Source of the DNA: Sedimentisphaerales bacterium
GTDB lineage: Bacteria; Planctomycetota; Phycisphaerae; Sedimentisphaerales; SM23-30
Direction: 5' to 3' (one strand)
NCBI GenBank assembly: GCA_963666285.1
Contig: OY762711.1
Length of the DNA stretch: 64,000 nt
The notes beneath the pieces were generated by a model. The model searched no databases, was not told where the DNA came from, and was given only the letters and a program-made list of their open reading frames with translations. Made by a program: the position numbers and the translations under genes. Numbering within the stretch: position 1 is the stretch's first letter; the number at the start of each line of letters is the position of its first letter. Shown in pieces: positions 46,444-57,039 of this stretch.

Positions 46444-48954
46444 ATGAGAGTACAGAAAGTAATTCTACCGGCCTGTCAGACACTAATTTTTTGTGTAATT
46501 CTTTTACAGGTATTGTCTGTATCAATCACAGCAGCTGAAATTCATTGCAGGCATTTCAATACATGGCCAAAAGCAATGATAGAACTTAAAGCTGAACTTA
46601 TTAAGCATAGTGATTCCGGAAACCTCAATAAAGACGGGTATCGCCTGCTTAAAGAGCATCAGGACATGTTTCCAATTGAAATCGATTGGTTCATACAGGC
46701 GTTAGGTAATGATTTGTCAAAATGGTTAAACCGGGAAGATAATAGTTTGTTACCTGAATTGGTTTCATCTGCACTAACAAATTTGAAAGATATAGTCGGT
46801 GAACATAATCCTGAATTTAAGATATTACAGGAAACTCAAGCAAATGAAGTTTCCGATCAATATAAATTATTTCTGAAGATATGTGAATTTCGACGAAAAT
46901 ATCGAATAGCCGATAATAATGCATTGTCAGCGGAAATAGTATATACGAAACACTACAATCTTGGCGGTTCTCATTATGCTTATACAGAAGGACAGTCAGA
47001 TGCCCAGTCAGAGTCGCATTTTCACGGCGGCTCATCGTTGTGTATTATGAAGATTAAGGATAGTTCGGTGTCATTTAGAACAATTCTTGAAGATCCCAAG
47101 GGAGTTATTCGTGACCCGGACGTATCGTTTGATGGAGAACGGATATTATTTGCCTGGAAGAAAAGTCATAAAAACGATGATTATCATTTGTATGAAATTG
47201 GTAAAGACGGGAAGGATTTGCGGCAGTTAACATATGGAGAAGGGGTGGCAGATTATGAAGGTATATATCTGCCTGATGGTGATATTATTTTCAACTCGAC
47301 GAGATGTATACAGACTGTAGATTGTTTTTGGACAGAAGTGTCGAATCTATACAGGTGTGATGGTGAAGGAAGATATCTGCGCAGACTTTCGTATGACCAG
47401 GTCCATACCAACTATCCCCAGTTATTGCAGGATGGCAGAATAGTATATACCCGCTGGGACTATAATGACCGAGGCCAGATATTTCCTCAGGCTTTGTTCC
47501 AAATGAATACTGACGGTACATTGCAAACAGAGTTTTACGGCAATAATTCGTGGTTCCCAACAACAATTATGCATGCCAGGGGGGTGCCCGGTAAGAATAA
47601 AATAATTGCAGTTTTGTCAGGTCATCATACAATACAGCAAGGAAAGCTGGCGTATATTGATCCAACGCCGGGACGCCAGGAAAATGAGGGTGTACAGTTA
47701 ATCTCGCCCAAGCGTATTACGCCGGCTGACAGGATTGACCAGTATGGCCAGGATGGCGAACTTTTTCAGTATCCATATTCTATAAATGAAAATGAATTTA
47801 TTGTAACATACAGTCCCTTTGAAGGAGATAGAAATCTTCACTCCCGTCATTATGCGATTTACTGGATGGATGTTGACGGAAACAGGGAATTATTGGCATA
47901 TGACCCGGATGTTTCATGCAGTCAGCCAATGGCATTATCTGAGCGTCAAGGATATCATCAGCGTCCGGAGATGGTAGATTATTCGAAAGATTATGGGATA
48001 TATTATGTTAAAGATGTATACGAAGGGCCAGGGCTAGCCGGTATAGAAAGAGGGGCGGCCAAATCTATCAGAGTTGTTGCCCTTGACTTTCGAGCGGCCG
48101 GAATTGGCATGAATGGCAGTCATGGAGTAGCAGGAGGAGCTTTGAGCAGCACGCCGCCGGCTGCCCGGAATGCCAGCTGGGATGTGAAAATCGTATTGGG
48201 TACCAGCCCAATTTATAGTGACGGGTCAGCAATGTTCAAGGTGCCTGACAGGACCCCGGTATATTTCCAGGTTTTAGATGAAAAGAATCATGTGATTCAA
48301 ACGATGCGGTCCTGGTCTACACTTCAGCCGGGAGAGATATTCTCCTGTATTGGATGTCACGAAAGCAAGAATTATGTTCCTCCTGCATCCAGTCATACGA
48401 CAATAGCGATGCAGGAAGGAGTCAAAGAGCTGGATGAGTTTTATGGATCGGCTAGAGGATTTAGCTATTTGAAAGAGATACAGCCTATTTTCGATCGCAG
48501 TTGTGCTGCCTGTCATAATGGAGACAAGATATTCAGTTTGTCGGCCAAGGAAGTAGTTGATGAGCAGGCAAAACGTAAATGGACCGAATCATATCAGAAT
48601 CTAACCAGTATAAAAGGTTCTTTTTATGATGCTAAGGATAAAAATATGCTGGTTAACTGGATCCCGGTTCAGTCTGAACCATCGATGCTGCCGCCGTATT
48701 ATGCGGGTGCGGCCAAAAGTAAGCTGGTTAGAATGCTTGAGAAGGGGCATAAGGATGTAAAGCTGTCGCAGGAGGATATGGACAAAATTGCCTGCTGGAT
48801 TGATTTATTAGTGCCATTTTGCGGGGATTATATGGAAGCAAACGCCTGGACAGATGAAGAGATTCGTAAATATCTTCATTTTCTTGATAAGCGAGAGAAA
48901 TATGCTGAGATTGACAGGGAAAATATTGAGGAATACATGAAAAGTAAGAAATAG
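46444..48954 (+). CDS. Hydrazine synthase alpha-subunit-like protein (TolB-like propeller, HZS-alpha middle-like domain, two heme c motifs)
   Basis: Signal peptide; DPDVSFDG.RILF, YTRWDY; DGSA.FKVP...PVYFQVLD....IQTMRSW..LQPGE..SCIGCHE; CAACH. Confidence 0.8.
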   Translation: MRVQKVILPACQTLIFCVILLQVLSVSITAAEIHCRHFNTWPKAMIELKAELIKHSDSGNLNKDGYRLLKEHQDMFPIEIDWFIQALGNDLSKWLNREDNSLLPELVSSALTNLKDIVGEHNPEFKILQETQANEVSDQYKLFLKICEFRRKYRIADNNALSAEIVYTKHYNLGGSHYAYTEGQSDAQSESHFHGGSSLCIMKIKDSSVSFRTILEDPKGVIRDPDVSFDGERILFAWKKSHKNDDYHLYEIGKDGKDLRQLTYGEGVADYEGIYLPDGDIIFNSTRCIQTVDCFWTEVSNLYRCDGEGRYLRRLSYDQVHTNYPQLLQDGRIVYTRWDYNDRGQIFPQALFQMNTDGTLQTEFYGNNSWFPTTIMHARGVPGKNKIIAVLSGHHTIQQGKLAYIDPTPGRQENEGVQLISPKRITPADRIDQYGQDGELFQYPYSINENEFIVTYSPFEGDRNLHSRHYAIYWMDVDGNRELLAYDPDVSCSQPMALSERQGYHQRPEMVDYSKDYGIYYVKDVYEGPGLAGIERGAAKSIRVVALDFRAAGIGMNGSHGVAGGALSSTPPAARNASWDVKIVLGTSPIYSDGSAMFKVPDRTPVYFQVLDEKNHVIQTMRSWSTLQPGEIFSCIGCHESKNYVPPASSHTTIAMQEGVKELDEFYGSARGFSYLKEIQPIFDRSCAACHNGDKIFSLSAKEVVDEQAKRKWTESYQNLTSIKGSFYDAKDKNMLVNWIPVQSEPSMLPPYYAGAAKSKLVRMLEKGHKDVKLSQEDMDKIACWIDLLVPFCGDYMEANAWTDEEIRKYLHFLDKREKYAEIDRENIEEYMKSKK

Positions 48955-49014
48955 AAACTACTTGATAAGTGTGATATTTAACAAATAATTGTTTGCTGTA
49001 AATTGGAGTCTGAA

Positions 49015-50862
49015 ATGAAAAAATATCCTGTTTGGCTGATAATGACAATCTTGATATTAGTATCTTCTGTAACATTAGCTCAAAAGAATTCTGAAGATAC
49101 CAAGGAATTGTGTCCAAACTTTATTGCCGTCAGCCCGGATGGAGAGCAACTTTATGTTGCTTGCGAAGGAGAAAATGCTATTGCAGTATTGTCAGGAGAT
49201 AATAAAGAGCATATCCGCTTAATTAATCTCCCTGCCAGTCCTAATGGTATTGTAGTTTCAAAGGATGGGAAATATCTTATTGTGGCATGCGGTACAGAGA
49301 GCGGTGTATTATGTATGATAGATAGCCAGAGCGGTGAAATCAAAGTCACTGTTCCTGCCGGTCATACGCCTATGTCACCAGTAATGACTCCGGATGGGAA
49401 CAGTTTATATGTATGCAGCAGGTATACTAATAGCGTTATGAAGTATACTGTTTCGCCGGATTCTCTGGCAAAAAGCGAGAATAATATTCCAGTATTGAGA
49501 GAACCGGTATCGGCAGTTGTAACCCCGGATGGCAAAAATGTGCTGGTTGCCAATAATTTGCCAAAAGGCTCTGCCCTGGATGTTTTGATAGCAGCAGAAG
49601 TTACAATAATTAGCACAGATAACGATTCTGTTGCCGCCAATATTAAGCTGCCGATTGGTACTACCTCGATTATGGATGTTGCGGTATCGCCTGATGGCAA
49701 ATATGCATATGCCAGCCATGTTCTGGCTCGGTTTGCGTTGCCTACTACCCAACTAGATCGAGGTTGGATGAATACGAATGCCTTATCCATTATAGATATT
49801 GCCAATAATGGGTTGTTGAATACTGTATTGCTGGATGAGCCGGATCTTGGGGCCGCCAACCCTTGGGGTGTCAGCGTATCACCGGATGGTAAAATAATTT
49901 GCGTGGTCCATGCCGGTACCCATGAGGTGAATCTGATTGATGCAGCCGGGCTGCATGCAAGGTTAAATGAAGCTGCATCGGGAAAACAGGTAACACCGGT
50001 GACTGCAAGCAGTGAAGATGTGCCAAATGATCTTAGCTTTATGACAGGTATTCGCAAAAGAGTATCATTAAATGGAAATGGTCCGCGAGAAGTCTGCTAT
50101 GCCAAAGACAGGTTTTATGTCGTAGAATATTTTTCCGATACGGTTTCTTCCATTGCCATAGATGGTAAAACATCTCAAATTCGCCTGAATGACAATTTGC
50201 AGTATTCGCAGGTTCGCAAAGGAAAAATGTATTTTCATGATGCCAGGTTCTGTTTTCAGCAGTGGCAAAGTTGTGCCAGCTGCCATCCGGGTAATGCCCG
50301 TGTTGACGGTTTGAATTGGGATCTGTTAAATGACGGGATAGGCAATCCTAAAAATACGAGCAGTCTTTTATATTCTCATCAGACGCCGCCTGCAATGGTT
50401 ACCGGTGTTCGGGCAGATGCTGAGACAGCCGTTCGTGCCGGTATGAAATATATCCAGTTTGTAACACGTTCAGAAGAAGAATTGAAGGCAATTGATGAAT
50501 ATTTACGAGATCTCAAACCAGTTCCAAGTCCGTATTTAGTAGAAGGCACATTAAGTAAATCTGCGGTGCGCGGCAAAGTTGTTTTTGATAAGGCAGGGTG
50601 CGGTCATTGTCATTCAGGGGCACTTGGAACTAATATGAAGCAGTATGATGTCGGGACAGGAACAGGGAAAGACAAAGGCATAAAGTTTGACACCCCGTCT
50701 TTGAATGAGTTGTGGCGAACTGCCCCATATCTTAATAATGGATGTGCGGCAACGGTCAAAGATGTGCTTACCAGGTATAATATTGATGATAAGCATGGCA
50801 GAACATCTCAATTATCACAACAGGAAATAGATGATCTTGCTGAATTTCTCTTGTCTTTTTAA
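49015..50862 (+). CDS. YncE/YVTN beta-propeller fused to a diheme cytochrome c peroxidase/MauG-like domain
   Basis: Signal peptide; repeated SPDG/TPDG blades; SCASCHP...DGL.WD, KNTSSL, CGHCH, FDTPSL.ELW.TAPY. Confidence 0.82.
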   Translation: MKKYPVWLIMTILILVSSVTLAQKNSEDTKELCPNFIAVSPDGEQLYVACEGENAIAVLSGDNKEHIRLINLPASPNGIVVSKDGKYLIVACGTESGVLCMIDSQSGEIKVTVPAGHTPMSPVMTPDGNSLYVCSRYTNSVMKYTVSPDSLAKSENNIPVLREPVSAVVTPDGKNVLVANNLPKGSALDVLIAAEVTIISTDNDSVAANIKLPIGTTSIMDVAVSPDGKYAYASHVLARFALPTTQLDRGWMNTNALSIIDIANNGLLNTVLLDEPDLGAANPWGVSVSPDGKIICVVHAGTHEVNLIDAAGLHARLNEAASGKQVTPVTASSEDVPNDLSFMTGIRKRVSLNGNGPREVCYAKDRFYVVEYFSDTVSSIAIDGKTSQIRLNDNLQYSQVRKGKMYFHDARFCFQQWQSCASCHPGNARVDGLNWDLLNDGIGNPKNTSSLLYSHQTPPAMVTGVRADAETAVRAGMKYIQFVTRSEEELKAIDEYLRDLKPVPSPYLVEGTLSKSAVRGKVVFDKAGCGHCHSGALGTNMKQYDVGTGTGKDKGIKFDTPSLNELWRTAPYLNNGCAATVKDVLTRYNIDDKHGRTSQLSQQEIDDLAEFLLSF

Positions 50863-50979
50863 GAGGATGATGTAGGCGGCAGCTTAGGTAGAGGGTAAAA
50901 TATATTTGCCTGAAATTATTTTTGCCTGTATCTTATATAATGTTAGTGGATTTATCTGGAAAACATTAAGGAGTTACTT

Positions 50980-52008
50980 ATGGTAAAAACAAAAATAATA
51001 GCCACTTTGGGTCCTGCCAGCAGCAGCGAAACAATTTTACGTAAAATGTATAATGCCGGACTTGATATTGTCAGGCTTAACTTTTCTCACGGACTTCATA
51101 GCGAACATATAGAAAAGATAAATACAGTTCGTGGTCTGAATAACAAAATGAGACGTTCCATCAAGGTTTTACAGGATTTGGCGGGATATCGTATACGCGT
51201 AGGGTATCTGCCGGAATCGATAAAATTAAAAAAGAAGAAATGCTATTATTTTACGCAAACGGAGATACAGGGCGAGGCGGATCAGATACCATTTGATTAC
51301 CATGGCGATCTTGGCAGGATTAAGCCCGGTCATCACATTTTTGTAGATGATGGAAAGCTTGTTTTTGAAGTTCTTGAAATTCAGAGTGGTCAGTTGAAAG
51401 TTTTGTGTCGGACAAGCGGAGTCCTTAAACAGCGTAAAGGGATAAATATACCGGAAGCAGAATTGGATTTTGAATCTTTGACAGAAAAAGATAAAGAAGA
51501 TATTGCCGCGTTGGCAGATTTTAAGGTTGATATAGTTGCTCAGTCATTTGTCAGGAATGCTGAAGATATATGTGCTGTTAAAGATCTGGTATTGCCCGGA
51601 AATCCCGAAGCTAAAGTTTATGCAAAAGTAGAAAGTCGCGAAGCGATAGAAAACATTGATGAGATTATTGAAGAAGCAGATGGAATTATGGTGGCACGGG
51701 GAGATATGGGAATTTGTCTGCCGTATTATGAAGTACCGTTCTGGCAAAAGCAGATCATTGCCCGATGTAATCAAAGAAATAAGCCTGTTATTGTGGCTAC
51801 CCAGATGCTGGACAGTATGACTGAAGAGGTTATACCTACAAGGGCTGAGGTAAGTGATGTTGCCAATGCTATTATAGATGGCGCCACCCACCTTATGCTC
51901 TCAGCTGAATCAGCAGTAGGAAAACATCCTGACCGGGTTGTTGATACAATGAATCAGATAATCAAGCGATACGAGCAGTATCTAAGAGAAATTGGCCGGG
52001 GCGAGTAA
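50980..52008 (+). CDS. pyk: Pyruvate kinase lacking the C-terminal domain
   Basis: KTKIIATLGPAS, RLNFSHG, DGIMVARGDMG, ATQMLDSM...PTRAEVSDVANA; only 342 aa. Confidence 0.9.
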   Translation: MVKTKIIATLGPASSSETILRKMYNAGLDIVRLNFSHGLHSEHIEKINTVRGLNNKMRRSIKVLQDLAGYRIRVGYLPESIKLKKKKCYYFTQTEIQGEADQIPFDYHGDLGRIKPGHHIFVDDGKLVFEVLEIQSGQLKVLCRTSGVLKQRKGINIPEAELDFESLTEKDKEDIAALADFKVDIVAQSFVRNAEDICAVKDLVLPGNPEAKVYAKVESREAIENIDEIIEEADGIMVARGDMGICLPYYEVPFWQKQIIARCNQRNKPVIVATQMLDSMTEEVIPTRAEVSDVANAIIDGATHLMLSAESAVGKHPDRVVDTMNQIIKRYEQYLREIGRGE

Positions 52009-52023
52009 ACGGGCATATAAAAT

Positions 52024-52059
52024 AAAAAAACAGCTCTCAGCAAAGTCGCTAAGAGCTGT
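52024..52059 (-). terminator. Intrinsic terminator between convergent pyk and GH38 genes
   Basis: acagctct.agc/gct.agagctgt stem with A7 run; the C/A mismatch is a G-U pair on the minus strand. Confidence 0.8.
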
Positions 52060-52098
52060 GTGAGTTGTTGTGTAATTTTTGACATTAGCTTGCCAGGG

Positions 52099-55000
52099 CT
52101 ATTTGCCGTAAACTTCAAATTCATATATCCTGACAGCAGTGTTGTCGTCCTGGGCCGGTTTGGTAATATAAAGTCTTAGGTATCTAACTTTGACAGGATC
52201 AACTATATGCCTGGAAACGCTTTTAGAGTTGCCTTTAACATCAACCAGGTTTGACCAGTTATCATTTCCATTTGGGCTGGTCTGTATACAAAAATCGCAG
52301 GTATTCCAATGTAACGGCTCACTGCCATTACCGGCATGACGTATTACAAAAGTGTCAACTGTATATTCCTTTTCCAGGTCTAAGACGAGCCAGTGTGCAT
52401 TATTTGTTTTATCGTTCACACACCATTTACTGTTGTTACCTCTTTCGCCGTCAACGATATTTTCTGGTTCTTCATTGGGATTGAAGCTGTCTGCATGTAC
52501 CGGTTTGTTCCAAGCCAGGTTGTTTCTGGTCTCCGGTTTTGAAGCCAGTTCAGGCAGGTAAGGCAGTTTGTCAATTTTTTCACTGGCAGGTGTAGTGCTG
52601 TTGGCCGGTACATTTGCCAGGGTCATGGCGAATATTACAATATCTTCATTGTCAGGTAATGTAATTGACTTTGCTCCCTTTGGGAGTTCTATTTTGTACT
52701 GGAACAAATAACAGAATTCATATGCCTGGTTGCCTTCAGGGCTGTGGCGGTGTGTGCCTACCCAGGCAACGGTATCATTTTTGATATAAGGAGCATCTTC
52801 TTCACGGCCCCAGTCGGCGATATTTTTATGATAGTCCTGTATTTTAATGGAACAGGTATTGCCGGAGATATTGAACTCACCGTTAATATCACCATTTTTA
52901 GAAGCTGCCAGTATGTAAAGTGATTCATAATCCTGGGAGCCAAGATTGATAGTCTGCCCTGAACAGGAAAGTGCATTCATGTTATTATCCAGACGTGTAC
53001 CGATTTTGTAGTTAATATTGGCAAAATCGAGTGAGTCTGAAATCAATTCAGCAGGGTATGTAAATCCATTTACAAAGTCGCCATTGGCTTTGTCGCTATC
53101 GAAGCTGAAAGCGTCGATATTAAATGGCAGATTTACGCGTGCGGTACTGACAGAATCTGTAATAATCGATGGCTTTTCTAATATTAGAGCAAAAGTTTTT
53201 GGCTGATATTTAGTCATGCTGAACTTGAGTTTACCATTGACGACTGATGCAGGAGCAATATCTCGTTCACATCCGTTAACTTCTCTGGCTGATTTAATGC
53301 CATTTCCTACATTGACTAGTACGTTTGATGCAGTAGAGCCGATTTGTTCCTGGAAGCGAATAACCAGTTCATCAGTACGTTGAGCTTTCTTGACAGCTTT
53401 AACAAAAACGTTTGGATTGTCAACTTGCAGGAATGAATATTGTTTTCCAAGCTTACCACTATGTTTATCTGACTGGTATGTAATAAGAGGCTGGTTCAAG
53501 CGAGCAGCTCGATTAGGTATATCTCCGTCTATCCAGTTGCCGGTATGCGGGGCAATTGCATAAGTTAAGATATGCTGACCGTGATCCAGGGTGGTCTGGT
53601 CGGTATAGCTTTTATCAACCGAGGGTGTATGCAAAAGCGTAAGTCTTAAAATATTGTCAGCCGGTTTGTCCCAGCCATATCGACTATCATTTAAAATAGA
53701 AGTACCAAATGAATTATCATTATTGGTGATATCAGCCCATTGCTGTGCAGGCACCTCGTATATGTTTTCTTTATTATTACCTCGCTCAATTGTGCCCATG
53801 CCAAGATCGTATGCAGCATTGGGGTTCTTGGCTGTTAGAGGAAATGAAGCTTTTAGTAAAGTACCTTTTGCCCGCCAGTCGATTTTACTGGTAACGTTAA
53901 CCTGTCCGCCGGCATTGCCAGAAGCAAGTGAAAAGGTCTGAATGAAAGTAGATTTTTCTTTATCCCCGTAGGTGCGGGTGATTTGTAAACTTACCCGGGC
54001 AGGGCCGTTATCAATGATTTTTACATCGGTTGGTCCAGAAACGTATGCCATTGGCTGCTTCTGTAGATCTTCATAGCGAATTTCCCAGGCCGGCCATTCG
54101 GGTGAATAATTCGGCAGCAGTTCAAGTCTGCTTGGAGCAGCAAGTATTTCTTTTTTGGCTTGTTTGTCCCAGATTGAGGCTATATCGCCATTTTGGTCGA
54201 TTTTAACCAGGAATTGTTTATTTTCCAGAGTTGAAGTAGTAACTTTGAGACCTGTCTTTATCTTACAGGGTGTTTTAGAAGACCTTACATCGAAAACATT
54301 GAAGCCGACAGACGGGGCATCTGCAATAAATGCAATAGAAATTGAATTGTTATTGCGTGATATTATTTGCGAAGGTACTTCTTTTGATCCGTTATATACT
54401 TTGATATATTCTGGTGCTGTGGTTTCGTATGAAATTGTAGCTTCGGTAATATCCTGCCGAGAAATTCCCAGCGGGTTGAATACTATAACGGGCTTTCCTT
54501 TTACAGCGGTGTCAAGAGCCTGGGCTATGCTTCCCACGCCATAATCCAGAATTGATGAAAACTGGTTAAGAGAAAGAATTTCATCGTTCCATGAAATATT
54601 ATATGCTTCAGGAATACTGGTTCCAGTCAGGTCGTCATGAAAACTATGCCAGAGGAAACGGATCCATGCATCATCAAGATTTTTTTGCGGATATTTGGCA
54701 GCCCCAAACCAGTCAGCAATGACGGAAGCTCTTTCGGCAGAGTCGGCAAGCAATTCGTTCTGGCGGTTCCATCGCTTCATAGCGGCCTGTGCGGTATAAC
54801 ACCCGGTGCCATGGATACGCATCAATAGTTCCCCGTCATAAACTGGCAGCTTAGCTTTTTGTTCCGGGGTGATATCATTATAGAGGTCATCTGACCCGGC
54901 GCTGAGTACTTTTACAGGACCGTTACCGGAAATACTTTTTTCCAGCCATTCACAAGATTCGGCAGCAGGGGCACCGCCGGTGTCGCCGGTTCCAAAGTAA

Positions 55001-55752
55001 TGGTAGTCAGCAAACAGTCCATAGTTTTCACCATTCTGGTTTATTCTTTCCAGCCATTTACTGTCATTACTTAGATCTGTTTCTATTTTACCGCCATAAG
55101 AGCCAGGTTTTAGTGCGGCAATAATTGAAGAACCGTCTGGACCTTTCCATACGCCCACACTAAATGGAGCTGGGATAATTCCTCCCCAGGATAGTTTTTG
55201 AGAAGAAAATCCGTTTATGCCGCAATGAGATGCCCATGTAGGCATAGTGTATGAAAAGCCAAAGCAGTCCGGCAGGAATATATCCGTGCTGCGTTTGCCG
55301 AATTCATCTTCAAAATAATTGTTGCCTATTAGTGCCTGACGGATAAGAGATTCCGGAGAAACCACGTTCATATCACCGTTTTCCAGGGTGGTGCCGCCAA
55401 CATTCCATCTTCCATTGGCAATGTATTTTGACATGATATCATAGCGTTCAGGATAGTATTCTTTGATAAGCATATATCTGAACGGACCTTCAAAGCTGAA
55501 ATTATAGTCCGGGTATGATTCAAAATAAGAAAAGTTTGTATCAAGAGTCTTTGTCAAGTATTCGTTGATAGTGGTTTTTACTGTCCATCGCCATTGGGTG
55601 TCAAGGTGGGCAGTAGCAACGGTATAAAGTGTTTTAACTTTTGAAAGATCAGTATGTTCTGCTTTTGAGATGTGAGAAAAGGTGAGTATAATAACAAATA
55701 GTGTAATAATCTTTGCTGCCTGTTTGGATCCAATACTTAATTTATGCTGCAT
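52099..55752 (-). CDS. GH38 alpha-mannosidase with C-terminal F5/8 (discoidin) domain
   Basis: AHLDTQWRW, LPDCFGF, FHDDLTGTS, EVPAQQWAD; C-terminal W..LDL...RYLRL...IYEFEVYG. Confidence 0.92.
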   Translation of the reverse strand: MQHKLSIGSKQAAKIITLFVIILTFSHISKAEHTDLSKVKTLYTVATAHLDTQWRWTVKTTINEYLTKTLDTNFSYFESYPDYNFSFEGPFRYMLIKEYYPERYDIMSKYIANGRWNVGGTTLENGDMNVVSPESLIRQALIGNNYFEDEFGKRSTDIFLPDCFGFSYTMPTWASHCGINGFSSQKLSWGGIIPAPFSVGVWKGPDGSSIIAALKPGSYGGKIETDLSNDSKWLERINQNGENYGLFADYHYFGTGDTGGAPAAESCEWLEKSISGNGPVKVLSAGSDDLYNDITPEQKAKLPVYDGELLMRIHGTGCYTAQAAMKRWNRQNELLADSAERASVIADWFGAAKYPQKNLDDAWIRFLWHSFHDDLTGTSIPEAYNISWNDEILSLNQFSSILDYGVGSIAQALDTAVKGKPVIVFNPLGISRQDITEATISYETTAPEYIKVYNGSKEVPSQIISRNNNSISIAFIADAPSVGFNVFDVRSSKTPCKIKTGLKVTTSTLENKQFLVKIDQNGDIASIWDKQAKKEILAAPSRLELLPNYSPEWPAWEIRYEDLQKQPMAYVSGPTDVKIIDNGPARVSLQITRTYGDKEKSTFIQTFSLASGNAGGQVNVTSKIDWRAKGTLLKASFPLTAKNPNAAYDLGMGTIERGNNKENIYEVPAQQWADITNNDNSFGTSILNDSRYGWDKPADNILRLTLLHTPSVDKSYTDQTTLDHGQHILTYAIAPHTGNWIDGDIPNRAARLNQPLITYQSDKHSGKLGKQYSFLQVDNPNVFVKAVKKAQRTDELVIRFQEQIGSTASNVLVNVGNGIKSAREVNGCERDIAPASVVNGKLKFSMTKYQPKTFALILEKPSIITDSVSTARVNLPFNIDAFSFDSDKANGDFVNGFTYPAELISDSLDFANINYKIGTRLDNNMNALSCSGQTINLGSQDYESLYILAASKNGDINGEFNISGNTCSIKIQDYHKNIADWGREEDAPYIKNDTVAWVGTHRHSPEGNQAYEFCYLFQYKIELPKGAKSITLPDNEDIVIFAMTLANVPANSTTPASEKIDKLPYLPELASKPETRNNLAWNKPVHADSFNPNEEPENIVDGERGNNSKWCVNDKTNNAHWLVLDLEKEYTVDTFVIRHAGNGSEPLHWNTCDFCIQTSPNGNDNWSNLVDVKGNSKSVSRHIVDPVKVRYLRLYITKPAQDDNTAVRIYEFEVYGK

Positions 55753-56112
55753 AATTGTGCCTTTAAATACTTGTAAATAATGATTTAGTGTTATCTTGTC
55801 TAAATTGTATTAGTAAATAGTCATATTTTCCTTTTTCTAAATCTAAGAAGAATTATAAGTGGTGAAAAATAAGGCTTGATAAAAATTTTTAAGACTAAAA
55901 TAATATCAAATTTGGAAGATAATATCAAGAAATATCCACACCTGAGGTGTTATGAGTAAATTTATAGATTCTTTTCAGTTTTGCTGCAAATTTGATTCAC
56001 ATTAGAAAAATAGGTAAAGTTTATTAGCAGCAAATTTGCCATTAAATAATGTAAGCCTATCTACTAGAATATCTTGCAATAATTTCAAAGCTGCATTATA
56101 CTTGCCAGACAT

Positions 56113-57035
56113 ATGAGCGAACAAATGTATTTAATTATGGGCTGTACTGCCGGCGGAAAGAGCCGTCTAGCTTTTGAATTAGCCAGGAAAATTGGCGGCG
56201 AAATCATAAGTATCGATTCTATGAAGGTTTACCGAAGAATGGATATCGGCACAGCAAAGCCCTCAAAAGACAATCTTGATGCTGTTGTCCATCATATGAT
56301 TGATGTAGTTGAGCCTTGGGATTATTTTGTATCGGCGTGTATATGGAAATGGTAGAACCAGTTATTGAACGCCTGCGTAGAGAAGGAAAGCCAGTCATAG
56401 CTGCCGGAGGCACAGCGATGTATATTCGCGGTTTGATGGAAGGGATATTTGACGGGCCGCCAACAAATCCGGAAATTCGTACAAAATTGGAGGAAGAAGC
56501 AGACCAAAATGGCACAGCTTTTTTGCATGAAAAACTTAAAAATGCTGATCCGGAAGCAGCAGAACGGATACATTCAAATGACCTCAAGCGATTGGTAAGG
56601 GCTTTGGAGGTGTTTGAACTGACCGGTAAGCCGATTTCTTCATTTCAGAATCAGTTCCGAAGTGGCAATTTGAAATATCCATGGAAGATGATAGGGCTTG
56701 CCAGGGAAAAAGAAGCAGGCAACAGGCGTATTAATGCCAGGGTTAAGAAAATGGTTAATGATGGTTTAGTAGATGAGGTTCGAGCTTTGGTTGATGACCC
56801 GCGTGGATTAAGTGACCAGGCTTCGCAGGCAGTTGGTTATGCAGAAATAATAAAATATTTTAATGGTGACTGGCCGCTTGATCATGCTATAGAGCGGATA
56901 AAGATAAATACCAGAAGGTTTGCCAAGCATCAACGCACCTGGTACAGGGGATTTCAAGGAGTCAACTGGATACATCTTACCAAGGATGATACAGCCAAAG
57001 GTGTTGCAGAAAAGGTCTTAAAAGAGTTTGGATAA
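56113..57035 (+). pseudogene. miaA: tRNA dimethylallyltransferase split by a 1-bp frameshift (pseudogene or sequencing error)
   Basis: GCTAGGKS, IISIDSMKVYRRMDIGTAKP in one frame; GGTAMY, RLVRALEV, QAVGY, TRRFAKHQRTWY in another; shift at T4 run 56325-56328. Confidence 0.85.
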
Positions 57036-57039
57036 TATT

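Noticed and set aside
46444..50862. Claim that the organism performs anammox
   Set aside because: Only architectural similarity to HZS; no supporting anammox genes in the window and the context is heterotrophic
55907..56038. Three CAAATTTG palindromes in the GH38/miaA divergent spacer
   Set aside because: Short AT-rich words with irregular spacing; cannot be distinguished from chance
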